DNA of 64,000 bases, taken from contig CAVSLC010000019.1 of assembly GCA_963728565.1 (NCBI GenBank), positions 1-64,000 on the forward strand. The letters run 5' to 3'. Source of the stretch: an uncultured delta proteobacterium (GTDB lineage: Bacteria > Desulfobacterota > Binatia > UBA9968). This document shows, in pieces, positions 51,467 to 59,957 of this stretch (the first letter of the stretch is position 1; every line of letters starts with the position of its first letter). A program made the translations under genes and the position numbers. The notes under the pieces are model-generated. The model did no database searches. It was not told the origin of the DNA and worked only from the letters and a program-made list of their open reading frames with translations.

Positions 51467-52366
51467 ATGGATGACCTTGTCGAGCGAATATTAAGTGGGC
51501 AGAACCAAGACGGAGGCTGGGGATTTTTGCCAGGCAAGAGCAGTAACACGGAATGTACATCCCTTTGCTTACTGGCTTTGGAGAGTCTCGGAGCGAAGCA
51601 GCCGGTGGCAAGCACAAAACGGGGCTTGGACTGGCTCCTTCAACGTCAACGCGCGGATGGCAGCTGGCCACTCAGTGATTCTACAAAAGAGGCTTCTTGG
51701 ACGACTGCTCTGGCGATCATAGCGCTAAACCGATTCCGGGAATATCAGCTAAAAACGAGGATGGCGTCTGATTGGCTGTTGAAACAGGAGGGTAGGACCC
51801 CAGGCCTACTGGCTCGGCTGATTGGGGCATTCGTATCTCATAGTAATACCGTTGCTTTGAATCCGGATCTGAAAGGGTGGGCTTGGCTTCCGCGAACATT
51901 TAGTTGGGTTGAGCCGACCAGCTACGCTCTTGTTGCCTTGAAGCAAGTACGAACCCATGTTGCCGCCAAGAATCTAGAGGAACGAATTCAGCAAGGCGAG
52001 ATGATGATTTATGATCGTATGTGCAGTGGCGGAGGCTGGAACTATGGCAACTCGAAGGTTTTTGGCGATGCGCTGTGGCCTTATCCTGACGTGACGGCGG
52101 TGGCATTGATTGCCTTGCAAGACCACCAACTCAATCAAGCTAATCAGGAAAGTCTCAGTGCGCTGCGAAAGATGATGCAAGAAACCGATTCCGGATTAGC
52201 GTTATGTTGGGGTACTATCTGCTTGTCCATATATGGCGACGAGACATCCGGATGGAAGCGACAAATCGAAAAACGGTTTCAAGCGACGGGCTTTCTCGGC
52301 GAAACCAAGACACTTGCATTAGCCCTTGTTGCCTCGGTCGATCATGTCAAAGCTTTTAGATTGTAG
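51467..52366 (+). CDS. Prenyltransferase/squalene-cyclase repeat (alpha-alpha toroid) protein
   Basis: QNQDGGWG, QRADGSW, GWAW...WVEPTSY, GGWNYGN. Confidence 0.75.
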   Translation: MDDLVERILSGQNQDGGWGFLPGKSSNTECTSLCLLALESLGAKQPVASTKRGLDWLLQRQRADGSWPLSDSTKEASWTTALAIIALNRFREYQLKTRMASDWLLKQEGRTPGLLARLIGAFVSHSNTVALNPDLKGWAWLPRTFSWVEPTSYALVALKQVRTHVAAKNLEERIQQGEMMIYDRMCSGGGWNYGNSKVFGDALWPYPDVTAVALIALQDHQLNQANQESLSALRKMMQETDSGLALCWGTICLSIYGDETSGWKRQIEKRFQATGFLGETKTLALALVASVDHVKAFRL

Positions 52367-52369
52367 ACC

Positions 52370-53365
52370 ATGATAAGTCGGCGAAGCTTCCTCAAGTATT
52401 CAACCCTTGCCACTGTTACTCCTTTCGTAGGCGGCTGTGGTCAAAGTCATAGGTGGCGCGCACAAGCATTTCGCAAAGAGAGGATATCGCAGGTGGCGGT
52501 TCTGCGAGCCTTGCGCTATGACTTATCGCTGCGGGAGATCATAACCAAAGGGATAAAGCTTTGCGGGTTGGAGGTAGGAGGAAAAACAATCGTTCTAAAG
52601 CCGAATCTTGTCGAATTTGACCCCAATGGGGTTATCAATACTAATCCGCTAGTAATCGAAGCTGCCATCGATGGCTTTCGGACGCTCGGCGCCCGAGAAG
52701 TCTTGGTCGCTGAAGGCCCGGGACATCGTCGTGACAACGAGTACCTTCTCACCGCGTCTGGCATTTACGGCGTAATAAAGGAGCACCGTGTTCCTTACGT
52801 TGATTTGAATAGCGACGATGTACGGCCGACGCGCCTGCTTAGTAGTTTTACTAAATTGGAGCAGCTTTATCTGCCGGAGACTCTCTTCAATGCCGATCTA
52901 CTGGTATCGATGCCCAAGTTAAAAACACATCATTGGGCGGGGGTCACGCTATCGTTGAAAAACATGTTCGGTGTGGTTCCGGGCTCGGTTTATGGGTGGC
53001 CCAAAAACATTCTTCACTGGCAGGGGATTCACAATAGCATTCTGGATATCAATAGCTCGCTGCCGGTTCGGCAGTTTGCGATTGTCGATGGCATCGTTGG
53101 AATGGAGGGGAATGGACCTCTACAAGGTCAGGCAATAGATAGCGGAGTTTTGATTTTTGGTGAAGACCTTGTAGCAGTGGACGCGACCGCAGCTAGGTTG
53201 ATGAAAATCGAACCAAAGAAAATCAAGTATTTGGCTGAAGCCGGCGCGTTTCTAGGCAACGTGAACTATGAGAGCATTGAGCAGATCGGCGAGAACCTTG
53301 AGCGGTTGCAAAAGGATTTTCGCGTTATTGAGGAATTTCAGGACCTGAAAGTTCTGACTCAGTAA
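52370..53365 (+). CDS. DUF362 domain protein with Tat/lipoprotein signal
   Basis: SRRSFLK...FVGGC; VLKPNL, MPKLKTH, TLSLKNMFG, DGIVGMEGNGP, DLVAVD. Confidence 0.85.
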   Translation: MISRRSFLKYSTLATVTPFVGGCGQSHRWRAQAFRKERISQVAVLRALRYDLSLREIITKGIKLCGLEVGGKTIVLKPNLVEFDPNGVINTNPLVIEAAIDGFRTLGAREVLVAEGPGHRRDNEYLLTASGIYGVIKEHRVPYVDLNSDDVRPTRLLSSFTKLEQLYLPETLFNADLLVSMPKLKTHHWAGVTLSLKNMFGVVPGSVYGWPKNILHWQGIHNSILDINSSLPVRQFAIVDGIVGMEGNGPLQGQAIDSGVLIFGEDLVAVDATAARLMKIEPKKIKYLAEAGAFLGNVNYESIEQIGENLERLQKDFRVIEEFQDLKVLTQ

Positions 53366-53450
53366 AAGTTGCTAAAGGTTGGGGCGGGGGCCGAAGCCAA
53401 GTTGGTAGTTCGAGCCTAGACCCGAAGATAACTTAATATCCCAAGGACAA

Positions 53451-53482
53451 AGGGGCCAACGGTATCGATCCGTTCGGCCCCT
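53451..53482. terminator. Hairpin between convergent operons
   Basis: AGGGGCC-AACGG...CCGTT-CGGCCCCT. Confidence 0.55.
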
Positions 53483-53506
53483 CTTGTTCATCGCTCTTCT
53501 GCTGAA

Positions 53507-54931
53507 TTAACTGGCTTGATCGTCAGCGGGAATTACCAGCTTCATTCCCACATAGATGTAGTTAGGATTTTTGAGATTTTCTCGGTTCGCTTCAAAAATT
53601 TTCTCCCATTTAGATGTAGAATTGTAGAAGCGCTCAGCCAATTTGCTGAGGGTATCACCGACTTTGACTACGTAGTGCTGATCGACCGAAACGGCAGATT
53701 TGAGCGGCTTAGCAGTATTAGCAACTGAGAGCTGCGGTTTTTCTACCGCCGGCGCAATGACCTTAGCGACCTCATTAACTTTATTCTCTACTGCGGCCGG
53801 TTTTACCTTCGTATCTACGGTTACCGGCTTCTCCTTGGCGGCAACTACCACCGGCACAGAAATAGCGCGTGGCGCCGCTTTAGCAAGGTTTTGAGTCTTA
53901 TACAGGTGATCAACGAACCCAGAACTGTCGAGTTCTTTCATGAACGTCAGATCTACGAACTGCTCAGGGCGCGCACTTCGAGCTGCGGGTTCTTTGATAC
54001 CCATTTCGCGGAGCATGATTTGAATTCCTTTGATTGTTGGATAGGGCTTTTCTGGAATCAGTGAATTGAGAACAGAGTCGTAGGCTTCATCTAAAGCTTC
54101 CATATCGTCGGATTTCAGATACTTCGCCAAAATTCCAATTGTCTCTTGCCGGCGGGTCTTCATGAAATGGATACTCTCGACAAAAGCTTTTAAGACGTTG
54201 CGAACGAGCTCCGGTTGTTTTTTGATGGTGTCTTGACTAAAGGCCAGCCCGGTATGCTGGTATTCTAGCCCGAGCATTTGAAGGTCCGCCAGAGTGTTCA
54301 GGCCGATCTTTTTTGCTTTAGCAGTTAATGGGATAGCGATCATAACCCCGTGTATTTTGCCGCTTTCCAAGGCTGAGAAGCGGGCTGGTTGACTACCGAT
54401 CTGAACAATGGCGACATCCTTATCCGGTGCTAATCCGTATTTCTCAAGCGCATACCGAGTTGCAAAGTCCGAAGAAGAGCCGATGCGACTGACTGCCATT
54501 ATTTTACCTTTGAGTTGATCCGGTCGGGTAATGTCACGCGATACGATCAACTTGTAATCCATCGTATTGAGAAATCCGGCGACCATTACGACTCCCGATC
54601 CTTGCAGATTGCTTTGAAGCACAGATGACCCTGCTACCTGAGCGGCGAGCACATCACCTGAGATAAGCGTCTGAACGGTCCGGCTTCCTCCCTCAACGAA
54701 AAGAAGCTGTGAGTCCAGACCGTACTTGCGGAAAAATCCCTGATCCTGCGCGATCCAAGCCGGCGCTTGACTTGGTGAAATGGCGCTATAGCCGATCATA
54801 ACTTTTCTGAGCGGTTGGGTTGCGGTACTTTCTGCAGAGTTCGTATCGCTCACCACCGCGCCGAAAGGGAGCGCAGCCAAGGCAGTCACTGTAAGCACTC
54901 TGGTTAAAGTCTGTTTGATAGATTGCAGCAT
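53507..54931 (-). CDS. NMT1/SsuA-like solute-binding protein fused to an A/K/P/V-rich linker and C-terminal LysM domain
   Basis: WIAQDQGFFRKYGLD SBP core; YVVKVGDTLSKLAERFY...WEKIFEANR...NPNYIYVGMKLVIP. Confidence 0.85.
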   Translation of the reverse strand: MLQSIKQTLTRVLTVTALAALPFGAVVSDTNSAESTATQPLRKVMIGYSAISPSQAPAWIAQDQGFFRKYGLDSQLLFVEGGSRTVQTLISGDVLAAQVAGSSVLQSNLQGSGVVMVAGFLNTMDYKLIVSRDITRPDQLKGKIMAVSRIGSSSDFATRYALEKYGLAPDKDVAIVQIGSQPARFSALESGKIHGVMIAIPLTAKAKKIGLNTLADLQMLGLEYQHTGLAFSQDTIKKQPELVRNVLKAFVESIHFMKTRRQETIGILAKYLKSDDMEALDEAYDSVLNSLIPEKPYPTIKGIQIMLREMGIKEPAARSARPEQFVDLTFMKELDSSGFVDHLYKTQNLAKAAPRAISVPVVVAAKEKPVTVDTKVKPAAVENKVNEVAKVIAPAVEKPQLSVANTAKPLKSAVSVDQHYVVKVGDTLSKLAERFYNSTSKWEKIFEANRENLKNPNYIYVGMKLVIPADDQAS

Positions 54932-54967
54932 TTTGGATCCTCCCACGTTATCGAGTCCTCCGAACAC

Positions 54968-55753
54968 CTATTCGCGATTCAATCTGACCATTGCCGCTTT
55001 GAGGCTTGCTCTCATGCGCTCAAGTGATCGCGCCAGCTCACCGATCTCATCCGTAGATTGAATTGTGACAGGCGTGTCCAGCTGTCCCCGGCTAATTTCA
55101 TCTGCGCTTGCCTTCAAATCCAGTAGGGGTCGAATCGCCTTGGCGGCGAGCAGAAGCGAGATAACGATACCAACCGCAAGGCACCCGGCGATCAAAGTAA
55201 TGATAGTGAATACCGTCCCACGAACGTCTGCCTGGACTGAATCCGCCCAAAGCCCTACATGAACGGTGCCGAGCTGACCCTCAAGAAGAGGAACCCGAGT
55301 GTCGTAAATTGATTTTCCGCGAATATTCGTCACTCGCGAATTGGCCGTGCGACGTTCCACCGCGGCTAGGTCTTTTAGCTCGGCTGGGAACGGCTGAAGA
55401 CTAGTCGCGACGATCTCTCCCTTGGGGTCTTGGATATAGGCGTAGGCCACACCATCAAGACGACCGTATTTCGCAATCAAGACGTCCAATTCAAGGGTGT
55501 TCCGCCGGGATACATAAGCCGCTGACGCGTCACTTAAATTGGTGGCGATTGCCATCGCGCGAAGGTCAACTTGTCGGTGCAAAGCTTTATCCGTCATGAA
55601 ATAGACAATCCCAATGACCAGCACTCCGAGCAGTAGAATTAAGCCGCTAAATGCAACGCTGATCTTCCACCTGAGGCCGCCTCCCTGCCATGATATATTC
55701 AGCGGCTTATTGACCTTTGTCGTTTCAATTGAGATGGATTCTTGTGACATCAT
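54968..55753 (-). CDS. Two-TM membrane receptor: periplasmic Cache-like domain plus HAMP, no output domain
   Basis: TM1, about 120-aa periplasmic part (YAYIQDPKGEIVA, GTVHVGL), TM2, IRPL...ISRGQL...DEIGELARSLERMRASL then stop. Confidence 0.82.
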   Translation of the reverse strand: MMSQESISIETTKVNKPLNISWQGGGLRWKISVAFSGLILLLGVLVIGIVYFMTDKALHRQVDLRAMAIATNLSDASAAYVSRRNTLELDVLIAKYGRLDGVAYAYIQDPKGEIVATSLQPFPAELKDLAAVERRTANSRVTNIRGKSIYDTRVPLLEGQLGTVHVGLWADSVQADVRGTVFTIITLIAGCLAVGIVISLLLAAKAIRPLLDLKASADEISRGQLDTPVTIQSTDEIGELARSLERMRASLKAAMVRLNRE

Positions 55754-55777
55754 TCCTCCGAATCGATTGCAGGATTA

Positions 55778-56572
55778 CTAGAATCGTTTGAGAGTGGAGA
55801 TTTCCTGATAGGCAGAGTCTTCAAACTTCTGCCGGAGGTTTACGTCGCCGATTTCCTTAGCGACATGTTCAATCAGATCATGGAGCTTGGATTCCGGAAA
55901 TTGAGATTGCGTCTCACCGAGTGCTTCGATTTGATCGCGTACGACGAGCGATGCCATGGGACCCATAATCTCAGTGAGGAGTTCTACGACGCGCCCCATT
56001 GCCGTTGCCGGGACCAAATCAGTTGCCGGTCGGGACGATGGTGCAACGATTTCAACCAAGCCGGACTTTTGTAGGTTGAAGATAACTTTCGCCGTATAGG
56101 CATAAGGGATTCTAAGAGTCTCGGCGATTTCCTGAACTGAGCGGTTGCCGTCGATTTTGCTGAGCACGCGCCAGCCAACGTGGGGAACGGTTACCGGACC
56201 GTTTTGTTCCTCACCCAAATCAGCTATACGAAGAATGGTCTTTCCGGTCGGAATGACTTCGAGAATGTTCTCCCATTCGCGACTCATCGCCTTCACTTCG
56301 TCGAGGATTTCAGATGACGACTTCTTTATGGTCGCCGAGGGCGGAGTTCCTGCAGGCAGTAAAGCGAAGTTACCTTCTCCCCACGTCACCGGATACAGAA
56401 GTGCCTTTTCCCCATCCCCGATCGGACATGTGGCGTGAATAATGCTGCCATCGACGAGATAAACCTCTACTGTCTCCTTTCCGCGCGAGAGTTTAAGAAC
56501 GCCGGACTTCTTGCCGCCGGTAGCGAGCATCAAAATATCATTAAGACTAATTTGTGAGAGGTTTCCTTGCAT
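55778..56572 (-). CDS. DUF4388 (PATAN-like) protein with wHTH and C-terminal helical domain
   Basis: MQGNLSQISLNDIL...KSGVL...VYLVDGSIIHA...WGEGNF; WRVLSKIDGNRSVQEIA; LTEIMGPMASLVV. Confidence 0.8.
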   Translation of the reverse strand: MQGNLSQISLNDILMLATGGKKSGVLKLSRGKETVEVYLVDGSIIHATCPIGDGEKALLYPVTWGEGNFALLPAGTPPSATIKKSSSEILDEVKAMSREWENILEVIPTGKTILRIADLGEEQNGPVTVPHVGWRVLSKIDGNRSVQEIAETLRIPYAYTAKVIFNLQKSGLVEIVAPSSRPATDLVPATAMGRVVELLTEIMGPMASLVVRDQIEALGETQSQFPESKLHDLIEHVAKEIGDVNLRQKFEDSAYQEISTLKRF

Positions 56573-56599
56573 TTCTAATCCCGGTATAAGGGTGAAGGT

Positions 56600-56926
56600 C
56601 TAACGATCTTCCAACGAACGCCGCGTGGTCGTATTGGTCTGAGTCTTCTTTACACTCTCCAGGACTTCATCGCTGCTGTTGAGCGTGATTTTCAGCGTCT
56701 TTATTACGCCAAGGCTCTTGCTGATGCCGACCATCTGTTCCAGCGTCGACTTAATCTGTGTTTGGAGGAGATCGACCTCCTCGGTCGAGATACCTAGCAA
56801 CTGAGTTTGTAACTCATCATAAAGCCGAGTGATGCTATCAATCTGTCCCAGCGATTCGGTTTTCTGGGTGATTTCTTCATATAGGCGGGAAATATCCTCA
56901 GTGAGATTTTGCAGCTCGTTCTTCAT
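56600..56926 (-). CDS. Small coiled-coil protein of unknown function
   Basis: Amphipathic heptads with internal repeat ISRLYEEI/ITRLYDEL; 19-27 bp spacing to neighbours. Confidence 0.65.
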   Translation of the reverse strand: MKNELQNLTEDISRLYEEITQKTESLGQIDSITRLYDELQTQLLGISTEEVDLLQTQIKSTLEQMVGISKSLGVIKTLKITLNSSDEVLESVKKTQTNTTTRRSLEDR

Positions 56927-56945
56927 AAATGTTCTGCCTTCTTTC

Positions 56946-58247
56946 TTATTTTTTTACATTCGGAGACTTACTGTTTGTCTTTGTTTCACTGGCTTTTGCC
57001 GCTTGTTTCAACTCGCGCACTCCGGAACTGTTCTCGTCAGATGTTCTTGAGACGGCTTCGGTGGCTGCGGGTGGACTCGACGGCTCTTGTGATTTCGATG
57101 ATGACAGGAGATATACGCCGGAAAGAACTGCGACTACTAGTAAGAATGCGCCCACCCCGGCAAACTTTAGGTTAATCCGACTATTATGTGAGTAAATGTC
57201 GTATTCCCCATAATCCTTGATTATCTTTTTCAACTCGCGATCGATGTCCCCTTCCTTTTTCAAAGGTGAACTCCGAGCTGTTTTGTTTTTTGGACTTTCA
57301 ACGCCCGGCTTCTCAAGGATGATGGGTTTGCTGCCCGCTTGGACAGGGTCGATATTAGCCCGGAGCACAACCTTCGAGGGCGAATCAGATGAGCTGAAAA
57401 ACTCGCCGTAATTTTTGATGAGATCATCTAAAAGCCGCTGATCGAAATCGCCGCCAGTTGGAACAAGCGCTGTCGATATGGGTGTGATCGGCTCTTCCGA
57501 CAGCGGTAATTTTTGGACGACCTCGGGAACGCTTATATCTGACTGTGGGTTGTTGATTTTCTCGCTTCCCGGCCGTACTGCGGTTGTTTGGAATTCCTGT
57601 TCGTACTGAATGCTATCGCCAATGGTCTTGACGGAATCGGAATCTTTGTCCCATGAAAACTCCGCTGAGGGAACTCCTGCGTCTGCTTCGATTTCAGTCG
57701 TGCCGAAGACGAATGCCGGCTCTTCCGGTGAATCTGTTGCTTCGCGGCGATCCGCGGCTGAGTCTTGTCTGCTGGCGTCTTTGTTTGATTCCGATGTATC
57801 CGTGGCTCCGGATATCGTCTCACCAGAAGCGGAGGCAGTAATTACAGTATGTTCGGGTCTCTTAGGCAAAGTTCGTTTGAGTCCCGGAAACTTGATTAGG
57901 TTACTGGCCTGAATGATGTCGCCCAGGTGAATGGGTTTGCCCGTGGTGTCGATGACGCTTAGCTTTATGTCTTCAGATGCTGTTTTCTCGACCGCTTCGT
58001 ACACGACAGTCATGGATCGCTTAATTGCAACGAGAGATCCAACACGTGACTGCAAGTTCAAAAGACCAAGCAGTAAAGTGCGTGACCTATTTTCCGCGGC
58101 GGCTACCTCTTCCAAAGTGTAGTCGTTCAGGCGCTGCTGCAGACCCTGAATGGAGTTGACTGCTTTCCCTACGGTTCCGGCGCTTGGTGAGCTTACCCTC
58201 GAAGCCGTGGGGCCCGCGCGGTTTTCATCTTGTTTTGCTGACAACAT
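56946..58247 (-). CDS. Hypothetical protein: N-terminal coiled coil, acidic low-complexity linker, duplicated D-L/I-IK.YGE motif, C-terminal TM anchor
   Basis: 433-aa ORF, first in operon after the sigma54 site; FAGVGAFLLVVAVLSGVYLL TM segment. Confidence 0.7.
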   Translation of the reverse strand: MLSAKQDENRAGPTASRVSSPSAGTVGKAVNSIQGLQQRLNDYTLEEVAAAENRSRTLLLGLLNLQSRVGSLVAIKRSMTVVYEAVEKTASEDIKLSVIDTTGKPIHLGDIIQASNLIKFPGLKRTLPKRPEHTVITASASGETISGATDTSESNKDASRQDSAADRREATDSPEEPAFVFGTTEIEADAGVPSAEFSWDKDSDSVKTIGDSIQYEQEFQTTAVRPGSEKINNPQSDISVPEVVQKLPLSEEPITPISTALVPTGGDFDQRLLDDLIKNYGEFFSSSDSPSKVVLRANIDPVQAGSKPIILEKPGVESPKNKTARSSPLKKEGDIDRELKKIIKDYGEYDIYSHNSRINLKFAGVGAFLLVVAVLSGVYLLSSSKSQEPSSPPAATEAVSRTSDENSSGVRELKQAAKASETKTNSKSPNVKK

Positions 58248-58304
58248 TTCAACTCAGGAGATGCTATTTGGCCTTTTCTCAGGCGTAGAGGATAAGCTAT
58301 TGAA

Positions 58305-58320
58305 AGCAAAAGAGTTGCCA
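58305..58320 (-). promoter_or_regulatory. Sigma54 (-24/-12) promoter
   Basis: Minus strand TGGCAA-CTCTT-TTGCT 57 bp upstream of ATG 58247, just downstream of a sigma54 activator gene. Confidence 0.65.
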
Positions 58321-58666
58321 TGAACGTCATGGGTAAAATGTTCGTAGTTTCACGTAGATCGATACGGCCTTTTCCTGTAATTGCTAGATAACTCCCCCAG
58401 TTCTGTTCACCTGAACCAAATTGTGTACAGGGTTGTTCTGTATGTACTTAGGGCTCTTGAAAAGTCCATGCCACACTCTTCAGAAGGTGAAGATAAATTA
58501 AGGAACGGGTTCGCCCATCGGCGACTGATTTTGGAATCTCAAATTCTAGAGTGGTCCAAGAAGGATTTTACAAGGTTCAGTTGACCTAAGCAGCGGAGCT
58601 GAGACTTGAGTCGCATTGAGAAAAGAACGGTGGGATTCCTAAGCCAGAGTGGACTGATGTATCTGA

Positions 58667-59950
58667 TTACTCCTGCAAGAGCTCGAACCTTTCGATCTTT
58701 CGGTAGAGCGTGCGTGTTGATATGCCGAGGGCTTCGGCGGCTTTGGCTTTGTTACCGTTGGTTTGCCGGAGCGCATCCTCGATTAGAATTCTCTCACCTT
58801 CCTCGATATTTTTGATCGCCTTGGTTCCGATCTCCTCTCGGTGTCCGGTCGCATAGTGCTGCAGGTTCATTGGTAAATCGGCAATTGTGATGTATTGACC
58901 ATCTGAAACCATCGCGGCACTTTCAACGACGCTTTTAAGTTCTCTGATGTTGCCTGGCCACGGATACTCTAGGAATAAGGCTTTGGCGGAACTGCTCAGC
59001 TTTTTGAGCGGCTTGTGGAATTGCTTACAAGCTTGATAGACGAAGTTTGCAACCATCAGAATGATATCTTCCTTGCGGCCTCGTAGAGGGGGCAGAATGA
59101 TACGAGCGCTGTTCAGACGAAAATACAAATCCTTTCGAAATCCGGTTCCCTGAATAGCCTCCTCGAGCTCTTTATTGGTGGCAGCAACGATTCTGACGTC
59201 GCTGGATTTTGGCGTGGACTCGCCTACACGATAGTACTGACGAGTTTCGAGGAAGCGCAGAAGTTTCAGCTGAATGGCCGGCGCGAGCTCGCCGATTTCA
59301 TCCAAAAAAAGCGTGCCGCCCTCGGCAGCTTCAATGAGTCCCTTCTTGTTCTTTTCCGCACCCGTAAACGCGCCTCGCACGTAACCGAAAAGTTCACTTT
59401 CGACGAGAGTTTCAGGAATCGCAGTCATGTTACAAGCAACAAACGGCTTCGTCGCCCGAGAACCGCTTGAATGTATATATTGGGCCATGACCTCCTTGCC
59501 CGTCCCAGTTTCACCGGTAATGAGAACGGTGATATCGTGCATAGCATACCGATTCGCCAGGTTTATCACTTCATAGAACTGCGGGGTTTCGCCGATCATC
59601 AGAGGTAACTTAATTGCGTGCGGCGTAAGCAAATCGGTTGAAGGGTGGCTGGCTTGCCCCAAGAGCGTGTAAAGCGCGTGCGGATTCTGAGGATGATAAC
59701 AAACCAGAGTCACTTGTGTGCCCAGTTGGTAGATCCTATCCAAGAACCGAGGCCATGTGTTACTACGACAAAGTGTTAGGTCTGCGAAGACAAACTTCAA
59801 TTGATCAATTGGAAACGCGTTGAATGCGTGCTCGGCCTCTTCGAGGGAGCGCGTTTCGTGGATAAAACAGTCACGGGCCTCCAAAAGTCTGGATAAGCCG
59901 GAGACGGAAGAGTCAATTGAATAGATGAGTAGAGCCAGCTGTCTCGACAT
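58667..59950 (-). CDS. Sigma54-dependent enhancer-binding protein with degenerate receiver domain
   Basis: GETGTGKE, ESELFGYVRGAFTGA, LFLDEIGE, WPGNIREL, Fis-type HTH AAEALGISTRTLYRK. Confidence 0.92.
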   Translation of the reverse strand: MSRQLALLIYSIDSSVSGLSRLLEARDCFIHETRSLEEAEHAFNAFPIDQLKFVFADLTLCRSNTWPRFLDRIYQLGTQVTLVCYHPQNPHALYTLLGQASHPSTDLLTPHAIKLPLMIGETPQFYEVINLANRYAMHDITVLITGETGTGKEVMAQYIHSSGSRATKPFVACNMTAIPETLVESELFGYVRGAFTGAEKNKKGLIEAAEGGTLFLDEIGELAPAIQLKLLRFLETRQYYRVGESTPKSSDVRIVAATNKELEEAIQGTGFRKDLYFRLNSARIILPPLRGRKEDIILMVANFVYQACKQFHKPLKKLSSSAKALFLEYPWPGNIRELKSVVESAAMVSDGQYITIADLPMNLQHYATGHREEIGTKAIKNIEEGERILIEDALRQTNGNKAKAAEALGISTRTLYRKIERFELLQE

Positions 59951-59957
59951 TAGGTGA

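Noticed and set aside
51467-52366. Squalene-hopene cyclase
   Set aside because: Only 299 aa and no DxDD motif
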